A stretch of DNA of 64,000 nucleotides, from the NCBI GenBank assembly GCA_964470695.1, contig CAYYDR010000001.1, forward strand, positions 465,997-529,996, in the 5' to 3' direction. The notes under the pieces were generated by a model, which had not been told where the DNA came from, did no database searches, and saw only the letters and a program-made list of their open reading frames with translations. Position 1 is the stretch's first letter; every line of letters begins with the position of its first letter. The DNA comes from an uncultured Gammaproteobacteria bacterium. Its GTDB lineage: Bacteria; Patescibacteriota; Patescibacteriia; Patescibacteriales; UBA12465. Shown here one piece after another: positions 53,555-60,957 of the stretch. Position numbers and translations under genes: made by a program.

Positions 53555-55006
53555 ATGTCATTATTTAAAAACAATATTCGTTTACGTTTCGCTCCATCGC
53601 CAACCGGTTTTCTTCATATTGGTAATCTACGCTCCGCCTTATTCGGTTATTTGCTAGCCAAGAAATGGAACGGTAAATTTTTACTACGAGTAGAAGATAC
53701 TGATCAAAAAAGAGAAGTAGACGGGGCAGTAGAAAGTCTGATTAATATTTTAAAATGGATTGGGGTTGAATTTGATGAAGGGCCGGGAATTGGCGGTAAA
53801 TATGGACCATATATTCAAACCGAGCGTTTAGAGACTTATAATAAATATAGTGCACAACTACTGGCGGATGATAAGGCCTATCGTTGTTTCTGTACCGAGG
53901 ATAGACTGGCTAAGATGCGCCAGGATCAGGAAGCTAATAAGCAGGCGCCGCGTTATGATAGGGTTTGCCGTAATCTAAGTCATGAGGAATCGGAGGCGCG
54001 CGTTAAAGCGGGAGAAAAATTTGTTATTAGACAAAAGATGCCGCTAGAAGGAGAAATTATGGTTAAAGATGAATTGCGCGGTGAAATAAAATTTAAAGCA
54101 TCTGATCTTGATGATCATGTTTTAATTAAATCAGACGGCATCCCAACTTATCAGTTTGCTAATATTGTAGATGACCATTTAATGGAAATTTCTCATGTTA
54201 CTCGCGGCGATGAGTGGCTGCCCTCATTTCCTAAAAACATTCTTCTTTACCAAGCCTTTGGTTGGACTCCCCCTAAATTTATTCATTTACCCCTCATTTT
54301 AAATAAAACCGGTGGGAAATTAAGCAAAAGACAGGGTGATGTATTCGTGGAACAATATCGCGATAAAGGATACTTGCCAGAAGCAATTGTTAATTTTTGC
54401 GTTCTCTTGGGCTGGCACCCTAAAAATGATAAAGAAATCTGGAACCTATCAGAATTAAAAAAAGAGTTTGATTTAGACGGAATGGGTGTTAGTCCGGCTA
54501 TTTTTGATACTGATAAATTAGACTACTTCAGCGCTTATTATTTACGCCAAAAATCAATTTCCGAATTAGCTAAACTCTGCTTGCCTTATTTAGAGGCAGC
54601 TGGCCTGTCTATAAAATCAGAAAAATTATCTAAGATAGTTGCTCTCGCGCAAGATCGTTTGAAAAAAATTAGCGATATCGTTGAACTGACTAATTTTATA
54701 TTTTTATTGCCCCAATACGAAAAAAATTTGTTAGCCTGGAAGTCGGTTCCCTTAGAAGAGTCTAAAAATAAATTAGCCGAGATAAAAACTGAGTTAGAAA
54801 AAATTAGTGAAGGGAATTGGACTAAAGAGTATTTAGAGACTCATCTCTTGGTTTGGATTAAGAATAATAATGGTAAAAACGGCGATTATCTTTGGCCATT
54901 ACGTGTTGCTCTAACTGGTTTAAAGAATAGCCCGGGGCCATTTGAAGTGGCTGGGGCACTGGGTCGGGAAGAAAGTCTACTCAGAATAAAGATTGCCTTA
55001 GAATAA
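53555..55006 (+). CDS. gltX: glutamate-tRNA ligase
   Basis: RFAPSPTGFLHIGNLRSAL (HIGH) and KLSKR (KMSKS). Confidence 0.95.
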   Translation: MSLFKNNIRLRFAPSPTGFLHIGNLRSALFGYLLAKKWNGKFLLRVEDTDQKREVDGAVESLINILKWIGVEFDEGPGIGGKYGPYIQTERLETYNKYSAQLLADDKAYRCFCTEDRLAKMRQDQEANKQAPRYDRVCRNLSHEESEARVKAGEKFVIRQKMPLEGEIMVKDELRGEIKFKASDLDDHVLIKSDGIPTYQFANIVDDHLMEISHVTRGDEWLPSFPKNILLYQAFGWTPPKFIHLPLILNKTGGKLSKRQGDVFVEQYRDKGYLPEAIVNFCVLLGWHPKNDKEIWNLSELKKEFDLDGMGVSPAIFDTDKLDYFSAYYLRQKSISELAKLCLPYLEAAGLSIKSEKLSKIVALAQDRLKKISDIVELTNFIFLLPQYEKNLLAWKSVPLEESKNKLAEIKTELEKISEGNWTKEYLETHLLVWIKNNNGKNGDYLWPLRVALTGLKNSPGPFEVAGALGREESLLRIKIALE

Positions 55007-55032
55007 GGCTAATATTATTAATAAAAATAGTA

Positions 55033-55061
55033 TTTACAGAAATTCTGAAATATGTTATAAT
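55033..55061 (+). promoter_or_regulatory. promoter (TTTACA-17-TATAAT) giving a leaderless M23 peptidase mRNA
   Basis: TATAAT at 55056-55061 and the ATG at 55068, 6 nt later. Confidence 0.55.
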
Positions 55062-55067
55062 GTCATT

Positions 55068-56306
55068 ATGAATAAAAAATACTCACATTTCTGGAAATTT
55101 AATATCCTTATTATCATTTTAGTAGGTTTGGTTTTTCTATCTCCAGCTGTTTTTAGCCAATATTCCAGTCTGGATGATGAAATAAATACCCTCAATCTTA
55201 AAATCCAGAATCAAAAGAAACAGCTGGAGGCCCTGCGATCTCGCCAACAAGAGTATCAATCGCAAATTGCTCTTAAACAGAAAGACAGAATTAATCTTAG
55301 CAATCAGCTGGCTATTCTTGATAACCGTTTAGCTAAAGCCGCTCTTGATATTGAAAGCGTTAATCTGGAAATAGACAAAACTAATCTAGAAATTAAAAAG
55401 ATAGAAATTGATAGTAAAAATTTAAATCAAAAAATTGAAGAGCAAAAACAGCACATTGCTAATCTCCTGCGATCTATGTATAAGCAGGACCAGATTTCTA
55501 CTTTAGAAATACTCCTTTTAAATAATTCTTTAACAGAATTTTTAAATCAGGCCCAATATTTAGTTGACGCCAACGAAGAGATAAGCGGCAGCGTAGAAGA
55601 CTTAAAATATGATAAAGATAGGTTAGAGCAGAATAAACTCAGCTTTGATCAAAAAAATATTGATTTGCTTTCTCTTAAAGATAAGCTGCAAGAAAAAAAA
55701 GAAGGGCTAGTTTTTGAACAAGAAAATAAAAATTATTTACTAGAGGAGACAAGATCTTCGGAACAGCAGTACCAAGCTTTATTACAGCAAGCCAGAAGGG
55801 AACAGCAGCAAGCTGAAGCTGATATTGCTAGCGCCGAGCAATTAATTAGGCAGAAAATGTCTCAAAAAGACAAAAATCGCCTGAATAATGGTAACAATAC
55901 TATCGCCTGGCCAGTACCTAAGAATGTTATTGTAACTAGTTTCCGCGACGCCGACTATCCTTATCGCAATATAATCGGTGAACACTCGGCGGTTGATATT
56001 AGAGCCAGACAGGGAACTAATTTGACTGCCGCGGCTGATGGCTATGTCGCTAAAGTTAAGTTTGATGGTTCAACCAAATATTCTTATATAATGATTATCC
56101 ATGGTAATGGCCTGGCGACTGTCTACGGCCATATTTCAGCGGCCTATGTCATGGCTGATCAATATGTCACTCAAGGGCAGTCAATTGGCCGAACGGGTGG
56201 CACGCCAGGAGGCGTTGGAACAGGCCCATTTTCTACTGGCCCTCATTTACACTTTGAAGTCCGTCTAAACGGTTTACCGGTTAACCCGGAGAACTATTTA
56301 CCATAG
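55068..56306 (+). CDS. M23-family metallopeptidase with N-terminal coiled coil (EnvC-like)
   Basis: TM/signal segment, long Q/E/K/L coiled coil, HSAVDI...HGNGL...GPHLHFEV. Confidence 0.9.
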   Translation: MNKKYSHFWKFNILIIILVGLVFLSPAVFSQYSSLDDEINTLNLKIQNQKKQLEALRSRQQEYQSQIALKQKDRINLSNQLAILDNRLAKAALDIESVNLEIDKTNLEIKKIEIDSKNLNQKIEEQKQHIANLLRSMYKQDQISTLEILLLNNSLTEFLNQAQYLVDANEEISGSVEDLKYDKDRLEQNKLSFDQKNIDLLSLKDKLQEKKEGLVFEQENKNYLLEETRSSEQQYQALLQQARREQQQAEADIASAEQLIRQKMSQKDKNRLNNGNNTIAWPVPKNVIVTSFRDADYPYRNIIGEHSAVDIRARQGTNLTAAADGYVAKVKFDGSTKYSYIMIIHGNGLATVYGHISAAYVMADQYVTQGQSIGRTGGTPGGVGTGPFSTGPHLHFEVRLNGLPVNPENYLP

Positions 56307-56326
56307 AATAAATCAATTTTTATAAA

Positions 56327-56358
56327 TAAAAAAGGGCTTTTAAAATAGCCCTTTTTTT
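56327..56358. terminator. bidirectional terminator at the point where gene orientation converges
   Basis: AAAAAAGGGCT-TTTAAAAT-AGCCCTTTTTTT. Confidence 0.8.
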
Positions 56359-56379
56359 GTTTTGGCTTTAAAAAGATCT

Positions 56380-56562
56380 TTACGTTCTTTTTTTGCCATG
56401 CCGTGTTTTCTTATCGGAAGCCTTTTTTGCCTCTGATTCAGCACTTGAGCCGCGGTGCGAGTTTTCTACTTCTCCTGCGTGTCCACAGCAGGGGCGACCA
56501 AACCCGCATGGTTGTCCGGTAAGATGGCAATGGCAAGAACAACTGTTGCTTGCTATAGACAT
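56380..56562 (-). CDS. small Cys/His-rich protein with basic tail (metal-binding suspected)
   Basis: MSIASNSCSCHCHLTGQPCGFGRPCCGH... has 6 Cys in its N-terminal half (positions 8-26). SD GAGGT lies 4 nt from the ATG. It has its own TTGACA-17-TAATCT promoter and a terminator downstream. Confidence 0.6.
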   Translation of the reverse strand: MSIASNSCSCHCHLTGQPCGFGRPCCGHAGEVENSHRGSSAESEAKKASDKKTRHGKKRT

Positions 56563-56587
56563 GCCAACCTCGTTAATTGTTAATTTT

Positions 56588-56616
56588 AGATTACATTAAA
56601 AAACGTTATTTGTCAA
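56588..56616 (-). promoter_or_regulatory. promoter (TTGACA-17-TAATCT, minus strand) of the Cys-rich gene
   Basis: The reverse complement of 56611-56616 is TTGACA and of 56588-56593 is TAATCT. The element abuts the xer stop codon. Confidence 0.55.
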
Positions 56617-57573
56617 CTAAAGTTTTCTTCCATCATGAACCTTGCGATGGATATCTCTTAGTTGTTTATTAGTGACATGGGTATATATTTGGGTAGTGGC
56701 AATATTGCTATGGCCTAAAAATTCTTGAACAGTTCTCAAATCAACGCCTTGATTTAACAAATCAGTAGCAAAGGAATGGCGCAGGGTATGGGGAGTAGCC
56801 ATGACAGGCAAGCCAGCTATTTTAACATATTTTTTAACAATATCTTCTATACTTTTAACAGTTAAACGGCGGCTAGCCTGGCCTTTTTGAGCGCCACGCT
56901 TATAATTGACGAATAAAGCCTCATCCATGTCCTTACGCTCGTTTAAATAGCTTCTGAGGGCCTTAACTGCTCGGATAGAGAAGTAAACAGCCCTAATTTT
57001 ACTGCCTTTGCCAATTACAGCCGTTTCTATATCAATAGTATTATCCTTAATTCTTAATTGATCCCGGTTTAGGGCTGTTAGCTCAGCAACGCGCAGGCCG
57101 GTGGAAAAAAGAGTCTCTAAAATAGCCTGGTCGCGGAGACCAATCAGGGTACTAAGATTCGGAGAACTCAGTAGCCGCACTAATTGGTCTAATTTAAGAA
57201 ATTTTATTTCCTTGTCACCTTTATCCTTAGCTAGTTTAACTTTTGACGGCGGCAAAGATGAAATATCTTTTTCTACAAAAAATTCTAATAAAGAACGCAG
57301 GGCGATTAAATAATAATTTTGAGTGGTTTTTTTTAAAGTTTTTTTAGTTCTAGGGTCAACATGGCGAGATAGATATACTTTATAACTCCAAATCTCCTCC
57401 GGAGACAGGGAAGCGGGTTTTAAGCTCTCCCGGCCCGTATCTTTAAGCCAAGTAAAAAACTTATGCAAGAAGCGCGTATAATTTTCCTGGGTCTTGGAAG
57501 ATAGACCTTTTTCAATTTCGCAATAATCCAGGAAGTCTACTAAATATTTTATTATCGGTTTATTTTTATCCAT
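56617..57573 (-). CDS. XerC/XerD-family tyrosine recombinase
   Basis: N-terminal SAM-like core-binding domain; catalytic residues present (R in GLRVAEL, HTLRHSFAT, GHSNIATTQIYTHV). Confidence 0.9.
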   Translation of the reverse strand: MDKNKPIIKYLVDFLDYCEIEKGLSSKTQENYTRFLHKFFTWLKDTGRESLKPASLSPEEIWSYKVYLSRHVDPRTKKTLKKTTQNYYLIALRSLLEFFVEKDISSLPPSKVKLAKDKGDKEIKFLKLDQLVRLLSSPNLSTLIGLRDQAILETLFSTGLRVAELTALNRDQLRIKDNTIDIETAVIGKGSKIRAVYFSIRAVKALRSYLNERKDMDEALFVNYKRGAQKGQASRRLTVKSIEDIVKKYVKIAGLPVMATPHTLRHSFATDLLNQGVDLRTVQEFLGHSNIATTQIYTHVTNKQLRDIHRKVHDGRKL

Positions 57574-57655
57574 ATTGAATTTCCTATTTACATTATAACA
57601 TAAGCAGGGGATGAAGGAATAAAGGCTTTATTTCTTAGTCTTTTTGCTTAACCAT

Positions 57656-57683
57656 ACTTCGCATAATGTATATTAATAAACGT
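57656..57683. other. candidate dif-like Xer recombination site
   Basis: ACTTCGCATAA-TGTATA-TTAATAAACGT. The 16-nt core CGCATAATGTATATTA is identical to the same positions of E. coli dif (recalled from memory). It lies 83-110 nt upstream of the xer start. Confidence 0.45.
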
Positions 57684-57692
57684 ATAGCTAGG

Positions 57693-57717
57693 CAAAATAG
57701 AAGGGGCCTTGGGCCCC
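57693..57717 (-). terminator. terminator of the serS-to-ftsQ minus-strand operon
   Basis: GGGGCC-TTG-GGCCCC, followed on the minus strand by TTCTATTTTG. Confidence 0.55.
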
Positions 57718-57739
57718 AGCTATATTAAGGGTTGTTTAA

Positions 57740-57880
57740 TTAACTAATAATGAGCCCCATTAAGCGTACATCAGGCTGAAACATTAAAATAATTTTAATG
57801 ATTAATAGAAATATGCCGATAACAACTAGACAGAAAATAACCACAGCTAAAGCAAATAATAATTTAAAAGCGCCTTCCAT
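57740..57880 (-). CDS. unannotated 46-aa single-TM small protein downstream of ftsQ
   Basis: MEGAFKLLFALAVVIFCLVVIGIFLLIIKIILMFQPDVRLMGLIIS. The ATG is 14 nt after the ftsQ stop and the ORF lies upstream of the operon terminator. Below the ORF-track cutoff. Confidence 0.4.
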   Translation of the reverse strand: MEGAFKLLFALAVVIFCLVVIGIFLLIIKIILMFQPDVRLMGLIIS

Positions 57881-57894
57881 ATATTTATGCTTAA

Positions 57895-58749
57895 TTATTT
57901 AAAATCTGGGTAAATTATGACCTGGTTGCTATAGCGCAGGTCCATATAGTTAGTCTTACTAAAATTATCCTTTATTTTTTGATTTTTGACAAGAAGAAGC
58001 CTCTCAATCTGGTCGTCAGCTGATTCCTTCGTGTTAAAGTAGATTAAAGGGCCATTAGCCACCTTAACTTTAATAGTGTTAAATTCTTGATCAATTATGA
58101 ATCTTTCCACCGGTAAATCGCTATGTTTTATTAGTCGTTCACTAAGTCCGAAAATAAAAATCAAATAATCATTTTTAATACTAAGCTTATTATTTTCGCC
58201 GACCATGCTTGACGATGACTTATTTTCAAGAATAAAATATCTTTTTTTGTCTTCTTCTTTAACGGCCGTCTCTTTAATAAGGTAGGCATCGGCTGAAGAA
58301 TATGATAAATCGCCTCCCTCTTGGAAAATAAAAGCATAGGGCCGCTCACTAACCTTTAAGATAAGCGTGTTGGGTAGCTTTTTACTAATTGTTAAGCCGG
58401 CAAAATTGTAAGCCGAAATAATCTGTTCACTAGCAATAGTTTTATCAAATAAAAAAATATTATTTTCTCTGAAAAATACCCAGTGCTTACCGCTCGCCTG
58501 ATCCCAAATTATTTTTTCTAATTCAGCGCTATTTATTCTCGTTAATCCTTCAATTTTTATATTTTTTATTTGCCACCAAGGAGCAAAAAAGACTAGCCAA
58601 ATCATGGCTAAGAAGCCAATAACCGCTAACAATATTATCCAAATAACTGAGCGCGGTTTTTTGTCTGGTTGACGACGGCGAAAAAACGGATTTTGCAGGT
58701 TCTTGCGCTGATAATCTTTTTTTATTTTTTTATAAGGTCGGCCAAGCAT
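57895..58749 (-). CDS. ftsQ: FtsQ/DivIB-like cell division protein
   Basis: Basic N-terminus, one TM segment, then a POTRA-like IKNIKIEGLTRINSAELEKII. Confidence 0.7.
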   Translation of the reverse strand: MLGRPYKKIKKDYQRKNLQNPFFRRRQPDKKPRSVIWIILLAVIGFLAMIWLVFFAPWWQIKNIKIEGLTRINSAELEKIIWDQASGKHWVFFRENNIFLFDKTIASEQIISAYNFAGLTISKKLPNTLILKVSERPYAFIFQEGGDLSYSSADAYLIKETAVKEEDKKRYFILENKSSSSMVGENNKLSIKNDYLIFIFGLSERLIKHSDLPVERFIIDQEFNTIKVKVANGPLIYFNTKESADDQIERLLLVKNQKIKDNFSKTNYMDLRYSNQVIIYPDFK

Positions 58750-58753
58750 TGTT

Positions 58754-59893
58754 TTACCATTTTATTTCTTTTCTAATTGATGATTGTAGCTCTACTAGTA
58801 GCTCATATGGCAATATATCAGCTAGTCGGCTTAAATTAGCTAATGAATTAGGGGCTTTTTTGTCATTTGATATTATTAAAACATTATCACCAATTTTTGC
58901 TTTATATTCGCCAATTTCTAAACAAGATAAATTCATACAGACTTTACCGGCTAATTGAGCTAAAAATCCGCCTTGTCCGTTTATAACTAGTAGTTTAGCC
59001 TGATTTGATAGACGGCGGTTTAGGCCTTCAAAATAACCGAAGGGGATAATTCCTATTCTAGTATCCTTATCAGCCCGAAAGCTTTCATTATAAGAAACAC
59101 TTTCGCCTTTTTTTATATTTTGCATTGATATCAGACGGGAAAAAACTTGTAGGGCTGGCTGAAGATTTTTGGTGTCTTCCCTGTCTTCAAAAAAAGGACT
59201 ATAGCCATAAAATGATAAACCGGGTCGATAAGCCGTAAGCATTCTATTTCTTAAAGTAAAAATGCCGGCGGAATTGCCCAAGTGTATCCAGCGCGGAGAA
59301 AACCCTAGGGCTTGTAAATTTTTCAAGGCTTCTAAAAAATTATCTTCTTGGATTTTATTTAAAGCAGAATCCGTTTCAGCGGAAGCTAAGTGGGAACAAA
59401 AACCGCTTATCTCTACTTGATCTAAATACTTTTTTTCCTCGGTCAAAAAATCAGAAAAATTCTTAATCCCTTCCCTATTCATGCCAGAGTTAAAAAAGAG
59501 ATGTATTTTTACTTTTTTGCCGAATTTAGCTAGATAATGAAGTGTTTCTTTATTATAAACGACAAATTCTGTTCTGTTAAAATCACAATAATTATAAGCG
59601 CGATGCGGCATTTCCCCTAATATGAGCACGCGGCCGTGAAAATACTGATAAACTACTTGAGCCTCGGGATAAGAGTCAACTGCGACCATTAGGGCAGCTG
59701 ATGAATTTAAAATCTGGCAGACCTCCTTTAAACCGTGGCCGTAAGCGTTGGATTTTAGGACTGGGAATATTTCCGCTTCAGGATGAATATTCTTTAAGAG
59801 AGAAAAGTTAGCTAATAATTTAGGAGCATCAATCTCCATTAAATTTAGAGTGTCGTATTTAGGTTTAATTAGGCGGCGCAAAAAATCCATCAT
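58754..59893 (-). CDS. alr: alanine racemase
   Basis: VLKSNAYGHG (PLP-Lys), plus R..G...YG and SMD-type motifs along the length. Confidence 0.93.
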   Translation of the reverse strand: MMDFLRRLIKPKYDTLNLMEIDAPKLLANFSLLKNIHPEAEIFPVLKSNAYGHGLKEVCQILNSSAALMVAVDSYPEAQVVYQYFHGRVLILGEMPHRAYNYCDFNRTEFVVYNKETLHYLAKFGKKVKIHLFFNSGMNREGIKNFSDFLTEEKKYLDQVEISGFCSHLASAETDSALNKIQEDNFLEALKNLQALGFSPRWIHLGNSAGIFTLRNRMLTAYRPGLSFYGYSPFFEDREDTKNLQPALQVFSRLISMQNIKKGESVSYNESFRADKDTRIGIIPFGYFEGLNRRLSNQAKLLVINGQGGFLAQLAGKVCMNLSCLEIGEYKAKIGDNVLIISNDKKAPNSLANLSRLADILPYELLVELQSSIRKEIKW

Positions 59894-59900
59894 AAGCTAA

Positions 59901-60950
59901 TTATGGCTTAACAACCTGGCCGTCCCCAGCGTTAAAGCGATCTTTATCTAATTCGGTCGTTAAACGGCTAAAACTATTTTTTATTTCTTCTCCGGTCAGC
60001 ACATCATACCCGTAGTATAAACCACTAATCGTTAGCGGCAATACTTGGCCAGCCTGGGACTCTTCTGGGGTTAAACGGACTTCAAAACTCAAGCGATAAC
60101 TATCGCTACCAGCGGCTAATTTAGGCAGCTTCCAAATAATCTGGCGGGTTGAGCTGCTGTAGTTAAAGTCGCCTGCTAATAAGGAGCGATTGCCAGTTAA
60201 TTCTACGCCCTTAGGAAGACGCGCGCTAAAAACTAGATTTTTAAAATCACCATCACTGCTAGCTTCCCAAAAAATCCAATAAGTAGTTGGTATGCCTACT
60301 ATTGGCGGCAAAGGACCAATACCCAATTGATCGCCTTGGGGGCTAGTATAATAAGCGGCATCTTTAACTAGCAATTCAGCTGCTAGGCGTAAAGGAGGCA
60401 GATTAAAACTTTCTTTTAGCAGCTGACCGTTAAGGATATATTGGCTTTGCGCTTGCCAGTTAATAGTTCTCTCTTTGCCTTTGTTTACAAAATAAACTCG
60501 TAAAGATATTTCCCCTTCTGTTCCCGCCTCAATCCTGGATAATGTTATGTTCCGCCCATTAATTTTAAGGAGACTACTGGTTGAAGCAGCCTCTAGACGG
60601 CTTAGGCTAAAATTTTTATCCAGAGAACTAAAACCAATATTTATATCTTGAAAAGGGACGGCTGAACTATTTTTAAAATTTATTTTTAAAATGGAGCCAT
60701 CTTTAAGATTGGTGGTTGAAGTAGCGACTGCGAAATTAAATTCTAAAGGAGGATTATTAAAATCAACCGCTACGCGCCCGGGGGCGTTAACGCCTGATAG
60801 CTGGGGATGGTAAAAATATAGAGCCATAGTCCCAACCGCCAGCATAATAATTATGGTCAGGAGGGAAAAATCTAAAATAAAATGCCAATAATTCTTTAAA
60901 TAATATCTTTCCCAGCGGCCACGGATGTAGCGATGAATGATTCTTATCAT
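59901..60950 (-). CDS. hypothetical membrane-anchored extracytoplasmic protein
   Basis: The likely start is MIRIIHRY at 60950, 7 nt after the upstream stop; the track start at 61010 would overlap that gene. One TM segment and a beta-rich ectodomain. Confidence 0.55.
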   Translation of the reverse strand: MIRIIHRYIRGRWERYYLKNYWHFILDFSLLTIIIMLAVGTMALYFYHPQLSGVNAPGRVAVDFNNPPLEFNFAVATSTTNLKDGSILKINFKNSSAVPFQDINIGFSSLDKNFSLSRLEAASTSSLLKINGRNITLSRIEAGTEGEISLRVYFVNKGKERTINWQAQSQYILNGQLLKESFNLPPLRLAAELLVKDAAYYTSPQGDQLGIGPLPPIVGIPTTYWIFWEASSDGDFKNLVFSARLPKGVELTGNRSLLAGDFNYSSSTRQIIWKLPKLAAGSDSYRLSFEVRLTPEESQAGQVLPLTISGLYYGYDVLTGEEIKNSFSRLTTELDKDRFNAGDGQVVKP

Positions 60951-60957
60951 ATAATTA

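Noticed and set aside
56393-56599. 68-aa + strand ORF opposite the Cys-rich gene.
   Set aside because: The minus-strand frame has a consensus promoter, an SD and a downstream terminator. The + frame would start inside the terminator region of the M23 peptidase gene and has no signals.
56617-57573. Tyrosine recombinase as a marker of an integrated mobile element or prophage.
   Set aside because: No flanking direct repeats, tRNA target or phage or transposon genes were seen. The XerC/D-type motifs, the dif-like site and the terminus-like context favour a chromosome-dimer-resolution role.
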